Of a DNA stretch of 64,000 nucleotides, positions 50,755 to 60,205 are shown in pieces. The first letter of the stretch is position 1. Each line of letters opens with the position of its first letter. The notes under the pieces are model-generated. The model was not told where the DNA came from and did no database searches. It saw only the letters and a program-made list of their open reading frames with translations. The translations under genes and the position numbers were made by a program. The stretch is from Vicinamibacterales bacterium (GTDB taxonomy: Bacteria; Acidobacteriota; Vicinamibacteria; Vicinamibacterales; UBA8438): the NCBI GenBank assembly GCA_965242835.1, contig OZ251506.1, positions 5,172,401 through 5,236,400 of the forward strand, given 5' to 3'.

Positions 50755-51747
50755 TCACGGCAGGCGCCTCAACACCGTGCGGCCGAGCGCGGCCTCCAGC
50801 AGCAGCAGACCGAGTCCCGCGCCCAGCGGATACGGGAACAGCTCGCCGTAGCGCGTGAACGAGGTCATCTCGATCTCGGTCGTCTCCAGCGCGTCTATCT
50901 CTTCATAGACGCGCTCCAGGCTCTCCCGGTCGGTCGCCCGGAAATACCGGCCGCCGGTCAGCGCCGCCAGCTCCCCGAGCGCTTCGTCGTCGACGTCGAC
51001 CTGCATCGGGACGGTGCGCCGGCCGAACAGCGGATCGTCCACCGGCACGGGCGCCGCGCCGCGGGCGCCGGCGCCGACGGCGTAGATCCGCACGTCGAGG
51101 GCCTGCGCCATGCGCGCCGCGGTCGCCGGGTCGATGGACCCGCGGTTGTTCCGCCCGTCGGTGAGCAGCACGATCACCTTCGACTCGGCCGCGGAATCGC
51201 TCAGCCGCTTGACCGCGGTGGCCACGCCCATGCCGATCGCCGTGCCGTCCTCGACGACGCCCACCTCCAGTTCTTCGATCAGCGTGGTCACCACGCCGTG
51301 GTCCAGGGTGAGCGGCGCCTGCGTGAACGCCTCGCCGGCGAAGACGACCAGCCCGATGCGGTCGTTCGGCCGCCCGCGCACGAAGTCGGCCGCGACCGCG
51401 CGGGCCGCGCCGATGCGGTTCGGCTCCAGGTCCTCCGCCAGCATCGAGCTCGACAGGTCGAGCACCAGCACGACGTCGATGCCGTCGGTGGCGACGTTCT
51501 CGGCCGTCACCCCGGCCTGCGGGCGGGCGAAGGCGATCAGCAGCAACGCCAGCGCGAGCAGGCGCAGCCCGAACGGCGCGTGCCGCCAGCGCCCGGTGCG
51601 GCGGCGATCCGCCCGCACGATCCGGTCCACCACCGAGTATCGCATCACGGCGCGCGTCCGCTCGCCGCGCGCCGCGCGCCACCAGGCGAGCGCCGGCAAC
51701 AGGAGCAGCAGCAACAGCAGGTACGGGTCCGCGAACCGGTCGATCAT
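50755..51747 (-). CDS. batA: BatA-like VWA domain protein
   Basis: FADP, ARPQ, LDLSSSM, GTAIGMG, LLTDGRNN, TGGRYFRA. Confidence 0.9.
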   Translation of the reverse strand: MIDRFADPYLLLLLLLLPALAWWRAARGERTRAVMRYSVVDRIVRADRRRTGRWRHAPFGLRLLALALLLIAFARPQAGVTAENVATDGIDVVLVLDLSSSMLAEDLEPNRIGAARAVAADFVRGRPNDRIGLVVFAGEAFTQAPLTLDHGVVTTLIEELEVGVVEDGTAIGMGVATAVKRLSDSAAESKVIVLLTDGRNNRGSIDPATAARMAQALDVRIYAVGAGARGAAPVPVDDPLFGRRTVPMQVDVDDEALGELAALTGGRYFRATDRESLERVYEEIDALETTEIEMTSFTRYGELFPYPLGAGLGLLLLEAALGRTVLRRLP

Positions 51748-52703
51748 GCCGCCTCCGCGGGAGCCGCCCCGGCGGCCGGCGCGGCCTCCGGGGCCGGCTC
51801 CGCCGGCCGCGTGCGGTCCACCAGGCTGCGCCCCAGCGGGACCACCTCGCGGCAGCGCTCGAGGACCGGCCGGTCCTTCGCGAACTTCACCAGATCGCAG
51901 CGCTCCAGAAACCGCCGCAGATCGGCGACGACCTCCTCCGCGGCCCCGTGGCGGCGCAGTCCGTCGACCACCTCCGCCGTGGTCATCTCCAGCGCCTCCA
52001 CGCCGAAGCGCCCCTCCACGTAGACACGGACGACGTCCGAGGCCCGGACGTGGAACGCCTTGATCTCGCCCTTCTCCGGCAGCCGCTCGGCCTCCAGCAC
52101 GCGCAAGGCTTCGTACGCGACCTCGTGCGGCGGACGCGGCGGCGCGGCCGGGACGGGGGCGCCGCCCGCCGCGGCCCGCCTGGGCCGCCGCCAGAGCCAG
52201 AACGCGACGCCCGCCAGCAGCAGGATCCCGGCCAGCCACGGCCACAGGGCCAGCACGTTCAGCGGCACGTCGAGCGGCCCCTTGATGGTGCGGATGTCGC
52301 CTCCCTCGTCCACGCCGACGCTGGTCACGGTGACCGCCGCCGGCTCGGTGTCGAGCGCCACGACGCCGCCGTCCGCGGCGGCCACCTCGACGGCCAGCGC
52401 GGGCAGCTCCAGGTCGCCGAGCTCGAACACGGTCAGGACGTACTCGGCGCTCGACACCGTCCGCCCGCCCTCGACGCGCGGCTCGCCGACCCGCCGCTCC
52501 AGCACCTCGAACGGCTCCAGCCCCTCCGCCTCGGGCCAGGCGACCGATGCGCCGGCGTCGTGCTCCACCTCGACGACCAGGCGCACCCGGTCCCCCACGG
52601 CGATCCGCGTCGGCTCCACGTTGACGCGGACCGCGGGCTCGGCGGTCTGCGCCGCGGACGGCGCGGCGGCCAGCAACAGCGCGGCGACCGCCAGCCGCTT
52701 CAT
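51744..52703 (-). CDS. bat-operon membrane protein (BatD-like N-domain + TM)
   Basis: Signal peptide, DIRTIKGP, TM, ALEMTTAE, CDLVKFAK. Confidence 0.8.
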   Translation of the reverse strand: MKRLAVAALLLAAAPSAAQTAEPAVRVNVEPTRIAVGDRVRLVVEVEHDAGASVAWPEAEGLEPFEVLERRVGEPRVEGGRTVSSAEYVLTVFELGDLELPALAVEVAAADGGVVALDTEPAAVTVTSVGVDEGGDIRTIKGPLDVPLNVLALWPWLAGILLLAGVAFWLWRRPRRAAAGGAPVPAAPPRPPHEVAYEALRVLEAERLPEKGEIKAFHVRASDVVRVYVEGRFGVEALEMTTAEVVDGLRRHGAAEEVVADLRRFLERCDLVKFAKDRPVLERCREVVPLGRSLVDRTRPAEPAPEAAPAAGAAPAEAA

Positions 52704-53578
52704 CGGAACCGCCTCGCCCGCTCGCGGAAGAAGCGCATCAGCGGCCCGGCGTACGGCCGGTCGGCCGACACCTCGACGACGTCCACCCCGGTGCGCCGAA
52801 ACAGGCGCGCGCGGGCCTCGCCGGCCGCCGCCGCGTCCGCCGCGAACGCCTCCCGGAACACCGGATCCGACAGGTTCACCGTCACTTGCGCGCCCGACTC
52901 CGCGTCTTCGAAGTCGACGAAACCGATGTCCGGCAGGTTCGCCTCCCGGCGGTCCCCGACGCGGACGGCGACCAGGTCGTGCCGCCGGGCCGCGACGGCC
53001 AGCGCCCGTTCGTGCCCCTCGGCCAGGAAGTCGGAGACGGCGAAGACCACCGCGCGGCGCGGGACCACCCGGGCCAGGTACTCCAGCGCGGCGCCCACGT
53101 CGGTGCCGCGGCCCTCGGCCCGCGCGTAGATCAGCTCGCGCAGCACCCGCAGCACGTGCCGCCGGCCCTTGCGGGGCGGGACGAACTTCTCGATGCGGTC
53201 GCTGAACAGGATCAACCCCACCTTGTCGTTGTTCCGGATGGCGCTGAAGGCCAGGACCGCGCAGATCTCGGCCGCCACCTCCTCCTTCATGCGCCCGCCG
53301 GAGCCGAAGCCGCCCGAGCCGCTGACGTCGGCCAGCAGCACGACGGTCAGCTCGCGCTCCTCCTCGAACACCTTCACGAACGGGGCCCCGGCGCGGGCGG
53401 TGACGTTCCAGTCGATGTTGCGGACGTCGTCGCCGTACTGGTACTCGCGCACCTCGGCGAAGCTCATGCCGCGGCCCTTGAAGACGGAGTGGTACTCGCC
53501 GGAGAACACGTCGTTCACCAGACCGCGGGTGGCGATCTCGACCCGCCGCACCTGCTTCAGGACCTCGCGCGGGATCAT
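52700..53578 (-). CDS. DUF58 domain protein
   Basis: G.YHSVFKGRGMSFAEVREYQYGDDVRNIDWNVTAR. Confidence 0.93.
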   Translation of the reverse strand: MIPREVLKQVRRVEIATRGLVNDVFSGEYHSVFKGRGMSFAEVREYQYGDDVRNIDWNVTARAGAPFVKVFEEERELTVVLLADVSGSGGFGSGGRMKEEVAAEICAVLAFSAIRNNDKVGLILFSDRIEKFVPPRKGRRHVLRVLRELIYARAEGRGTDVGAALEYLARVVPRRAVVFAVSDFLAEGHERALAVAARRHDLVAVRVGDRREANLPDIGFVDFEDAESGAQVTVNLSDPVFREAFAADAAAAGEARARLFRRTGVDVVEVSADRPYAGPLMRFFRERARRFR

Positions 53579-53584
53579 CGCCGG

Positions 53585-54574
53585 CTACGGCACCTCCACG
53601 CTGCCCAGCACGCGGTTGACGACGTCGTCGGCCGACACCTCCTCGGCCTCCGCCTCGTAGGTGAGCAGGACGCGGTGCCGCAGCACGTCCGGACCGATGG
53701 AGCGGACGTCCTCGGGGGTCACGTAGCCGCGGCGGCGGAGGAAGGCGTGGGCGCGGGCGGCCCGGGCGAGGTTGATCGTGGCGCGCGGCGAGGCGCCGAA
53801 CGCGATGAGCGGGGCCAGGTCCTTCAGGCCGCAGTCCGCCGGCTCGCGGGTGGCGAACACCAGGTCGACGACGTAGCGCTCGACCCGCGGGTCCATGTAG
53901 ATCATCTCCACCGCGGCCCGCGCCCGGCGGACGTCGTCCGGGTGGACGACCGGCTCGATCTCCGGCTCCGCGCCGGCCGCCCGCCGGCGCAGCACCTCGG
54001 TCTCCTCTTCCCGGGACGGATACCCCACCACGACCTTGAACATGAACCGGTCGACCTGCGCCTCGGGCAGCGGATAGGTCCCCTCCTGTTCGATCGGGTT
54101 CTGCGTGGCGAGGACCAGGAACGGCTGGTCGAGCGGCCAGGTCGTGTCGCCGATGGTCACCGTCCGCTCCGCCATCGCCTCCAGCAGGGCCGACTGCACC
54201 TTGGCCGGCGAGCGGTTGATCTCGTCGGCCAGGATCAGGTTCGAGAAGATGGGGCCCTTCTTCGTCCGGAACTCGGCCTGCCGCGGGTCGTAGACGAGGG
54301 TGCCGAGGAGGTCGGCCGGCAGCAGGTCCGGCGTGAACTGGATCCGCCGGAAGGTGGTGTCGACGGCCCGGGCGAGCGTCCTGACGGTCAGGGTCTTGGC
54401 CAGGCCCGGCACGCCCTCCATCAGGACGTGGCCGTCGGCCAACAGGCCGATGACGAGCCGCTCGACCATGGCCCGCTGCCCGACGATGACCCGCCCGACC
54501 TCGCCCAGCAGCCGCTCGACGAAGGCGCTCTCCCCGTGGATGGTCTCCTGTATCGCTTCGATATCGTGGTCCAT
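53585..54574 (-). CDS. moxR: MoxR family AAA+ ATPase
   Basis: EGVPGLAKT, RIQFTPDLLPAD, DEINR, ATQNPIEQEGTYPLPEAQ.DRF, GASPRA. Confidence 0.96.
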   Translation of the reverse strand: MDHDIEAIQETIHGESAFVERLLGEVGRVIVGQRAMVERLVIGLLADGHVLMEGVPGLAKTLTVRTLARAVDTTFRRIQFTPDLLPADLLGTLVYDPRQAEFRTKKGPIFSNLILADEINRSPAKVQSALLEAMAERTVTIGDTTWPLDQPFLVLATQNPIEQEGTYPLPEAQVDRFMFKVVVGYPSREEETEVLRRRAAGAEPEIEPVVHPDDVRRARAAVEMIYMDPRVERYVVDLVFATREPADCGLKDLAPLIAFGASPRATINLARAARAHAFLRRRGYVTPEDVRSIGPDVLRHRVLLTYEAEAEEVSADDVVNRVLGSVEVP

Positions 54575-54768
54575 GTCGCCCGTCCCGGTCGTGCCAGCCT
54601 GCCCCGACGGCGCGCCGCCTGCAACCGGGAATCTTGACACAGAGTCCCGGCGCGTGGTTACTTCATCGAGCGCGGCAAGGGTTCGGACCGATGCGCCCGC
54701 GGCAGCCGGACGGGCGCATCGGGCGCAGGCGTCTCCCGGCGTCCGGCGGTATGATCCGGGGCGGCATC

Positions 54769-56085
54769 ATGAACGAGCTGAACAAGACGGCCCTCTTCGT
54801 CGGCATCGCCCTCGTCCTCGGCGCCGCGGCGCTCGCCAGCGCTCCGCGCCGGGCGGCGCCCGACCTGTTCTTCGACGTCGGGGAGCCGTTCTTCCCCGAG
54901 TTCACCGACCCGCAAGCGGCGGCCACCCTCGAGGTGATGGAGTTCGACGAGGAGACCGCCTCGGCGACCCCGTTCCAGGTGACCAACCGGGGCGGGTTGT
55001 GGACCATCCCGTCGCACCACGGCTACCCGGCCGACGGCGCCGAACGGCTGGCGAACGTCGCGGCCGACGTCATCAGCCTCGTCAAGGAGGACTTCCGCTC
55101 CGACAACGTCGCCGACCACGAGGCGCTCGGGGTCGTCGATCCGTCCGACCTCACCACGTCCAGCCTGGTGGGCCGCGGCACCCGCGTGACGGTCCGCGGC
55201 GAGAACACCGGGATCCTCGCCGACCTCGTCGTCGGCGCCCGCGTGCCGAACCGTCCCGGTCTGCGCTTCGTGCGGCTGCCGGAGCAGAAACGGGTCTACA
55301 CGGCCCGCTTCGAAGCCAGCGTCTCCACCCGCTTCGAGGACTGGATCGAACGGAACCTGCTCGAGGTGGAGCGCGACCAGGTCGACCGCATCGTGCTGAA
55401 CGAGTACACGGTGGACGAGGTCACCCGCCGGGCCTCCGAGCCCGCCGAGTTCACGCTCGACAAGGTCGACGACCGGACGTGGAACGGCTCCGGCGTCCCG
55501 GAAGACCAGGAAGTCGACTACGTCGAGGTCAACCGGCTGATCGGCGCAGTCATCGGCCTGCGCATCGCCGGCGTCCGTCCCAAGCCGGCGGGGATGACCG
55601 GCAACCTGCGCGACGCCGCGCTGGCCGGCCGCATCGATCAGGCGGACGTCATCGACTTGATCGACAAGGGTTTCTACCCCACGGCCGAGGGGGGCCTGCT
55701 CTCCAACGAGGGCGAGTTGCTCGTCGGCGCCACCGACGGCCTCCTGTACACGTTGCGCTTCGGCGAGATCGTGTACGGCCGGGGCGACGCCGTCCTGCTC
55801 GGCAGCGACGAGAGCGACGACGAAGAGGCGGGGCCGGGCGAGAACCGCTACGTCTTCATCACCGCGGAGTTCGACGAGGCCGCCCTGCCCGAGCCGCCCG
55901 AGTCCGACGCCGACGCCCACGCGTCGTGGGAGCGCCGGGTCGCCGAGGGACGCGAGAAGGCCGAGCGCCTGGCCGCGCGCTTCGCCCGCTGGTACTACGT
56001 GGTCGCGGCCGGCAGCTACGACCGCATCCACAAGCCGCGCGAGGACTTCCTGAAGGACCGGGAAGAAGAGGGCGCCGGCGCGTAG
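54769..56085 (+). CDS. DUF4340 domain protein
   Basis: N-terminal TM, WTIPSHHGYPAD, LVVG..FVR, DWIERNLL. Confidence 0.75.
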   Translation: MNELNKTALFVGIALVLGAAALASAPRRAAPDLFFDVGEPFFPEFTDPQAAATLEVMEFDEETASATPFQVTNRGGLWTIPSHHGYPADGAERLANVAADVISLVKEDFRSDNVADHEALGVVDPSDLTTSSLVGRGTRVTVRGENTGILADLVVGARVPNRPGLRFVRLPEQKRVYTARFEASVSTRFEDWIERNLLEVERDQVDRIVLNEYTVDEVTRRASEPAEFTLDKVDDRTWNGSGVPEDQEVDYVEVNRLIGAVIGLRIAGVRPKPAGMTGNLRDAALAGRIDQADVIDLIDKGFYPTAEGGLLSNEGELLVGATDGLLYTLRFGEIVYGRGDAVLLGSDESDDEEAGPGENRYVFITAEFDEAALPEPPESDADAHASWERRVAEGREKAERLAARFARWYYVVAAGSYDRIHKPREDFLKDREEEGAGA

Positions 56086-56104
56086 CCGCGTTCGCCGAGG
56101 GCTC

Positions 56105-58048
56105 ATGGCGCGTCTCGTCCCGGTGTCGCTCGGGCGGACCGGCTTCGCCAACCTCAGCCTGGAGTACGGCGACACGAACTCCACCAGCCGCAGCGCCCAG
56201 CGGCGCGACGCGGCGGCGCTGGCCGCCGCCGGCAACACCGCCGTCCGCGACCCGGTCCAGGTCTGGGGTTCTCCCGACGTCGACGACGACCTGAAGCTCT
56301 TCGGCAACTTCGGCCACCTGTTCGCCGGCGGCGTGCAGCTCTACGGCCATACGAACTACGCCAGCCGGGAGGTGGTCAGCTTCTTCTACTGGCGGAACCC
56401 GAACACCCGCGGCGGCGTGTTCAGCAACGACGGCGGCCGGACGCTGCTCGTCGGCGACGCGCGCGCCGCGCGGGGCGAAGGCTCGGCGCACTGCCCCACG
56501 GTGGCCGTCACGGACGACGCGCCCGACCCGGCCGCGCTCGCGCGGGTGTTCGCGGACCCGGACTGCTTCTCGTTCCGGGAGCGCTTCCCCGGCGGGTTCA
56601 CGCCCCGCTTCGGCGGTTCGGTGCGCGACGCGTCCGCGGTCGCCGGCGCGCGCGGGCAGTTCGCCGGCGGCGCGCGCTGGGACGCCAGCGTCGCCGCGGG
56701 GTCGAACACCGCCGACTTCTTCTTCCGCGAGACGGTCAACGCCTCGCTCGGCCCGGACGGCCCGGACGCGCACGAACCCGGCAGCTACGGGCAGCGGGAG
56801 ATCGGGGTCAACGTCGACCTCGCCCACGCCGTCACCGGGCGGGTCCACGTCGCCGGCGGCGTCGAGTGGCGGCGCGAGCGGTTCGAGATCGGTCTCGGCG
56901 ACCCCGATTCGTGGCGGGCCGGCCCCTACGCCGCGCAGGGCTTCAGCGTCGGCTCCAACGGACTCAACGGGTTCGGCCCCATCGCCGCCGGCGCCTGGGC
57001 GCGCGCCGCCGCCGCGGTCTACGGCGACGTCGAGGCGCGCGGCGCGGAGAGGGACTGGACGATCGGCGCCGCCGGCCGCTTCGAGCGTTTCGAGGACTTC
57101 GGCGGCACGGCGAACGGCAAGCTCTCCGGACGCATCCCGCTCTCCGGCGCGGCGGCCCTGCGCGGCAGCCTGAGCACCGGGTTCCGGGCGCCGACCCCCG
57201 GCCAGCAGAACGCCTTCAACGTCTCCACGGTGTTCGACTTCGCGCGCGGGGACCTCTTCAACGTCGGCACGATTCCCTCGACGTCGGAGATCGCCAGGCT
57301 GCGGGGCGGCCGGGCGCTCGCTCCCGAACGGTCGGTCAACACCAGCGTCGGCGCGGTGGTCGGCGGCGGACCGTTCACGCTGACGGCCGACTACTTCCGC
57401 ATCGACCTCTCCGACCGGCTGATCCTGACGCGGACCTTCACGCTCGACGCGCGCGAGACGGAGCGCCTGATCGCCGACGGCGTCACGACGGCCCGCGACC
57501 TGTCGGACTTCCGGTTCTTCACCAACGACCTGGAGACCCGCACGCGGGGCCTCGACGTGGTCGCCGCGTGGACCCCGCCGGCGCTCGGCGGCGACACGGC
57601 GTTCGGCGTCCTCTTCAACCACACCGACACCGCCGTCACGCGGGTCAACCCCGAACTGCTGAGCCCCGACTGGGTGACCGACCGCGTCCGCAACCTGGAG
57701 GAGGCGCATCCGCGCACCCGCTGGAACGTCACGGTAGACCAGGCGGCCGGCCGCTGGCGTCTGCTCGGCCGCCTGAGCTACTACGGCGACTGGTTCGACT
57801 ACCGCGACGGGTTCGTCTACTCCGGCAAGCCGATCGTCGACCTCGAGGCCGCTTGGCCGGTCAGCAGCGCGGTCACGCTCGCCGTCGGCGGCCGGAACGC
57901 GCTGAACACCTATCCGGACGAGAACCCCAAGGTCAGCGACCCGTCCCTGGGCTTCTGGGGCGGAAACCTCTATCCGCCCTCGGCGCCGTTCGGCTTCAAC
58001 GGGGGCTACTACTACGTGCGCGTCGACTACCAGTGGGCCGGTTCCTGA
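56105..58048 (+). pseudogene. 5'-truncated TonB-dependent receptor (barrel only)
   Basis: Barrel motifs STGFRAPT, LAPERS, DYFRI and a terminal aromatic strand GGYYYVRVDYQW. No signal peptide, TonB box or plug domain. Begins 19 bp after the DUF4340 stop. Confidence 0.75.
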
Positions 58049-58110
58049 GCGAAGCGCGCGGCCTGCGCCGTGCCGCCGGCCGCCGCTGATTTCGACTACC
58101 AGTGGGCTGG
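58023..58110. repeat. 19-bp duplication of the receptor 3' end (period 69)
   Basis: tcgactaccagtgggc(c/t)gg at 58023-58041 and 58092-58110. Confidence 0.75.
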
Positions 58111-58123
58111 CCGCCGTCCTGTC

Positions 58124-58229
58124 CGCCGCGGCGTGTGGAGGCGCGGTCGGCCGCCGAACCGGAGTAGCGGGGCGTGACAGACTCGCGGGCATGGGACGCC
58201 GCGCCGTGCGGAGGCGCCGCCGACCGCCG
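58124..58229. repeat. 33-bp direct repeat pair (28/33) with 40-bp spacer (period 73)
   Basis: cgccgcggcgtgtggaggcgcggtcggccgccg versus cgccgcgccgtgcggaggcgccgccgaccgccg. Confidence 0.7.
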
Positions 58230-58396
58230 CCGAGTTGGCTACCGGTGGACCGACCCCTGAACGCAGCGCGCGGCGCGGGCGGGTGGGCTATGCTGTCCCC
58301 GGGGCGCGGAGCCGCGGCGGCGCAGGCGCCGTTCGCGCGCCGCCGGGCCGCCGCGGTCGTCCAGCGTCGAACGAGGAAACACGAGAGGAGTCCAGC

Positions 58397-59746
58397 ATGT
58401 CCCTGCTCACACCGCTCGGCCGGCGCGCCTTCCTGCGCAGCACGGGCCTGACCGCGGCCGCGGGCGCCGTCGGCGCCGCGGTTCCCCCGGCGGCGGAAGC
58501 CGGCGGCCGGGCCCGGCGGCAGGAGGAAGGCCGCTACGACTTCGACACCGTCTACGACCGCATCGGGACCGACTCGTCGAAGTGGGACGCCCAGATCGCC
58601 CGCTACGGCCGCGAGCGGATCGAGGTCGGCATGGGCACCGCCGACCAGGACTTCCGCATCGCCCCGGCCGTCAGCCGCGCCCTCCGCGAGCGGGTCGCGC
58701 ACGAGAACTACGGCTACCTGACGATCCCGGCCTCCTACAGGGAGTCGATCGTCGACTGGAACCGCCGGCGCTACGGGCTGGCCATCGACCCCGACACGAT
58801 TCGGCACGCCCCGGGCGTCCACCCCGCGATCATCAGCACGCTGCGCGCCTTCTGTCCGCCGGGCAGCAAGGTGATCCTGCAGACGCCGGGCTACAACGGG
58901 TTCTTCACCGACGTCCGGGTGGTCGGCTGCGTCGCCGAGGAGAGCCCGTTGCGGCTCGTCGACGGGCGCTACCGGATGGACTTCGAGGACCTGGAGCGCC
59001 GCATCGACCACGACACGCACGCGTTCATCCTGTGCAACCCGCACAACCCCACGGGCAACGTCTGGTCGAAGTCGGATCTGGCGACGCTGGGCGAGATCTG
59101 CGCGCGGCGCCGCGTCGTGGTGGTCTCCGACGAGATCCACTGCGACTTCGTCACGAAGGGCCACGCCTACACGCCGTTCGCCGCGCTCGACGACGAGGCC
59201 GCCGTCCGCAACAGCGTCACCTGCAAGTCGGTGAGCAAGTCGTTCAACCTGTCGATGCTGAAGTGCGCCTACCTGTTCTCGACCAACCCCGGCTACCTGG
59301 AGCGCATCGAGGGGGTCGGGCAGCACCGGCAGGCGATGAACACGCTCGGCGTCGTCGCGGCCGAGGCGGCCTACAACGAGGGCGAGGACTGGCTGGATCA
59401 GCTCCTGGAGTACATCGACGGGACGCTGGACTTCGCCGCGTCGTACGTGCGCGAGAACGTGCCGGGCGTGGAGACGGTCAAGCCGGAAGGCACCTATCTG
59501 GCCTGGCTCGACGCCCGCGCGGCGATGCAGGCGGCCGGCCTGCCGCGGGCGGCGGAGGAGGGCGGAGACACGACCCCGGAAGAGGAGTTCCAGCGCTGGC
59601 TGGTGGACCACGCGCACGTCCACCTGAACCCCGGTTCGTCGTACGGCCTGGGCGGCGCGGGCCGCATGCGGATGAACCTCGCCACGTCGCGCCGGCTCGT
59701 CGAACGGGCGCTCGACAACGTGGCGCGGGCGCTCGCCGCCGTCTGA
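58397..59746 (+). CDS. MalY/PatB-family PLP-dependent C-S lyase/aminotransferase with Tat signal
   Basis: GRRAFL twin-arginine motif, SSKWD, CNPHNPTG, SDEIH, SKSFN, PEGTYLAWLD. GAGGAG RBS. Confidence 0.9.
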   Translation: MSLLTPLGRRAFLRSTGLTAAAGAVGAAVPPAAEAGGRARRQEEGRYDFDTVYDRIGTDSSKWDAQIARYGRERIEVGMGTADQDFRIAPAVSRALRERVAHENYGYLTIPASYRESIVDWNRRRYGLAIDPDTIRHAPGVHPAIISTLRAFCPPGSKVILQTPGYNGFFTDVRVVGCVAEESPLRLVDGRYRMDFEDLERRIDHDTHAFILCNPHNPTGNVWSKSDLATLGEICARRRVVVVSDEIHCDFVTKGHAYTPFAALDDEAAVRNSVTCKSVSKSFNLSMLKCAYLFSTNPGYLERIEGVGQHRQAMNTLGVVAAEAAYNEGEDWLDQLLEYIDGTLDFAASYVRENVPGVETVKPEGTYLAWLDARAAMQAAGLPRAAEEGGDTTPEEEFQRWLVDHAHVHLNPGSSYGLGGAGRMRMNLATSRRLVERALDNVARALAAV

Positions 59747-60205
59747 ACGGGACCGGTGGCGTTGCCGTCGCCGGGAGTCTGGGCCGCGGCGTCATCGATG
59801 TAACGCCGAGACCGGCGCGCCGCGCATCGGGTCACCGTGATTCCGGGTTCCCCCCGCGCGGCCGATTACGCAGCAGGTCGCCGGCGCCCTTTCCGCTGAC
59901 GCATCCGGTCTCGTTGCGCCCGGCGTCGACGGCCAGCCCCGGAAAGTGCCAGGCGCCGTCCCGGAGTTCGGCGCATCCGGTCCTGCCGCGGGCTTGAACG
60001 GAGCGAGCGCTCCGAGCGCGGCGAGGTTCGGTACAATGCGGGCGAACCGCGGATCGGCGCTCGATCGGGCCGGCCGCGGACCCCGGCGCGACGCTCGGGA
60101 GGCACGACCGGGATGGACCAGGGGAGCGCCTGATCCGCGTGGCCGCGCCGGCGTTCTGAAGCCGCGCGCGGCGCGCCGACGAGCCGTTCCCCGACGAGTC
60201 GAGGC

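Noticed and set aside
46056-54574. moxR-DUF58-batABCDE operon and the second AAA+/VWA pair at 12095-14878 as a novel system
   Set aside because: Both are well-known, widespread gene clusters.
59823-59982. cgcatc(c/g)ggtc three times at periods 77 and 72
   Set aside because: Fits the scar geometry, but only 11 bp align well. Too weak to count without statistics.
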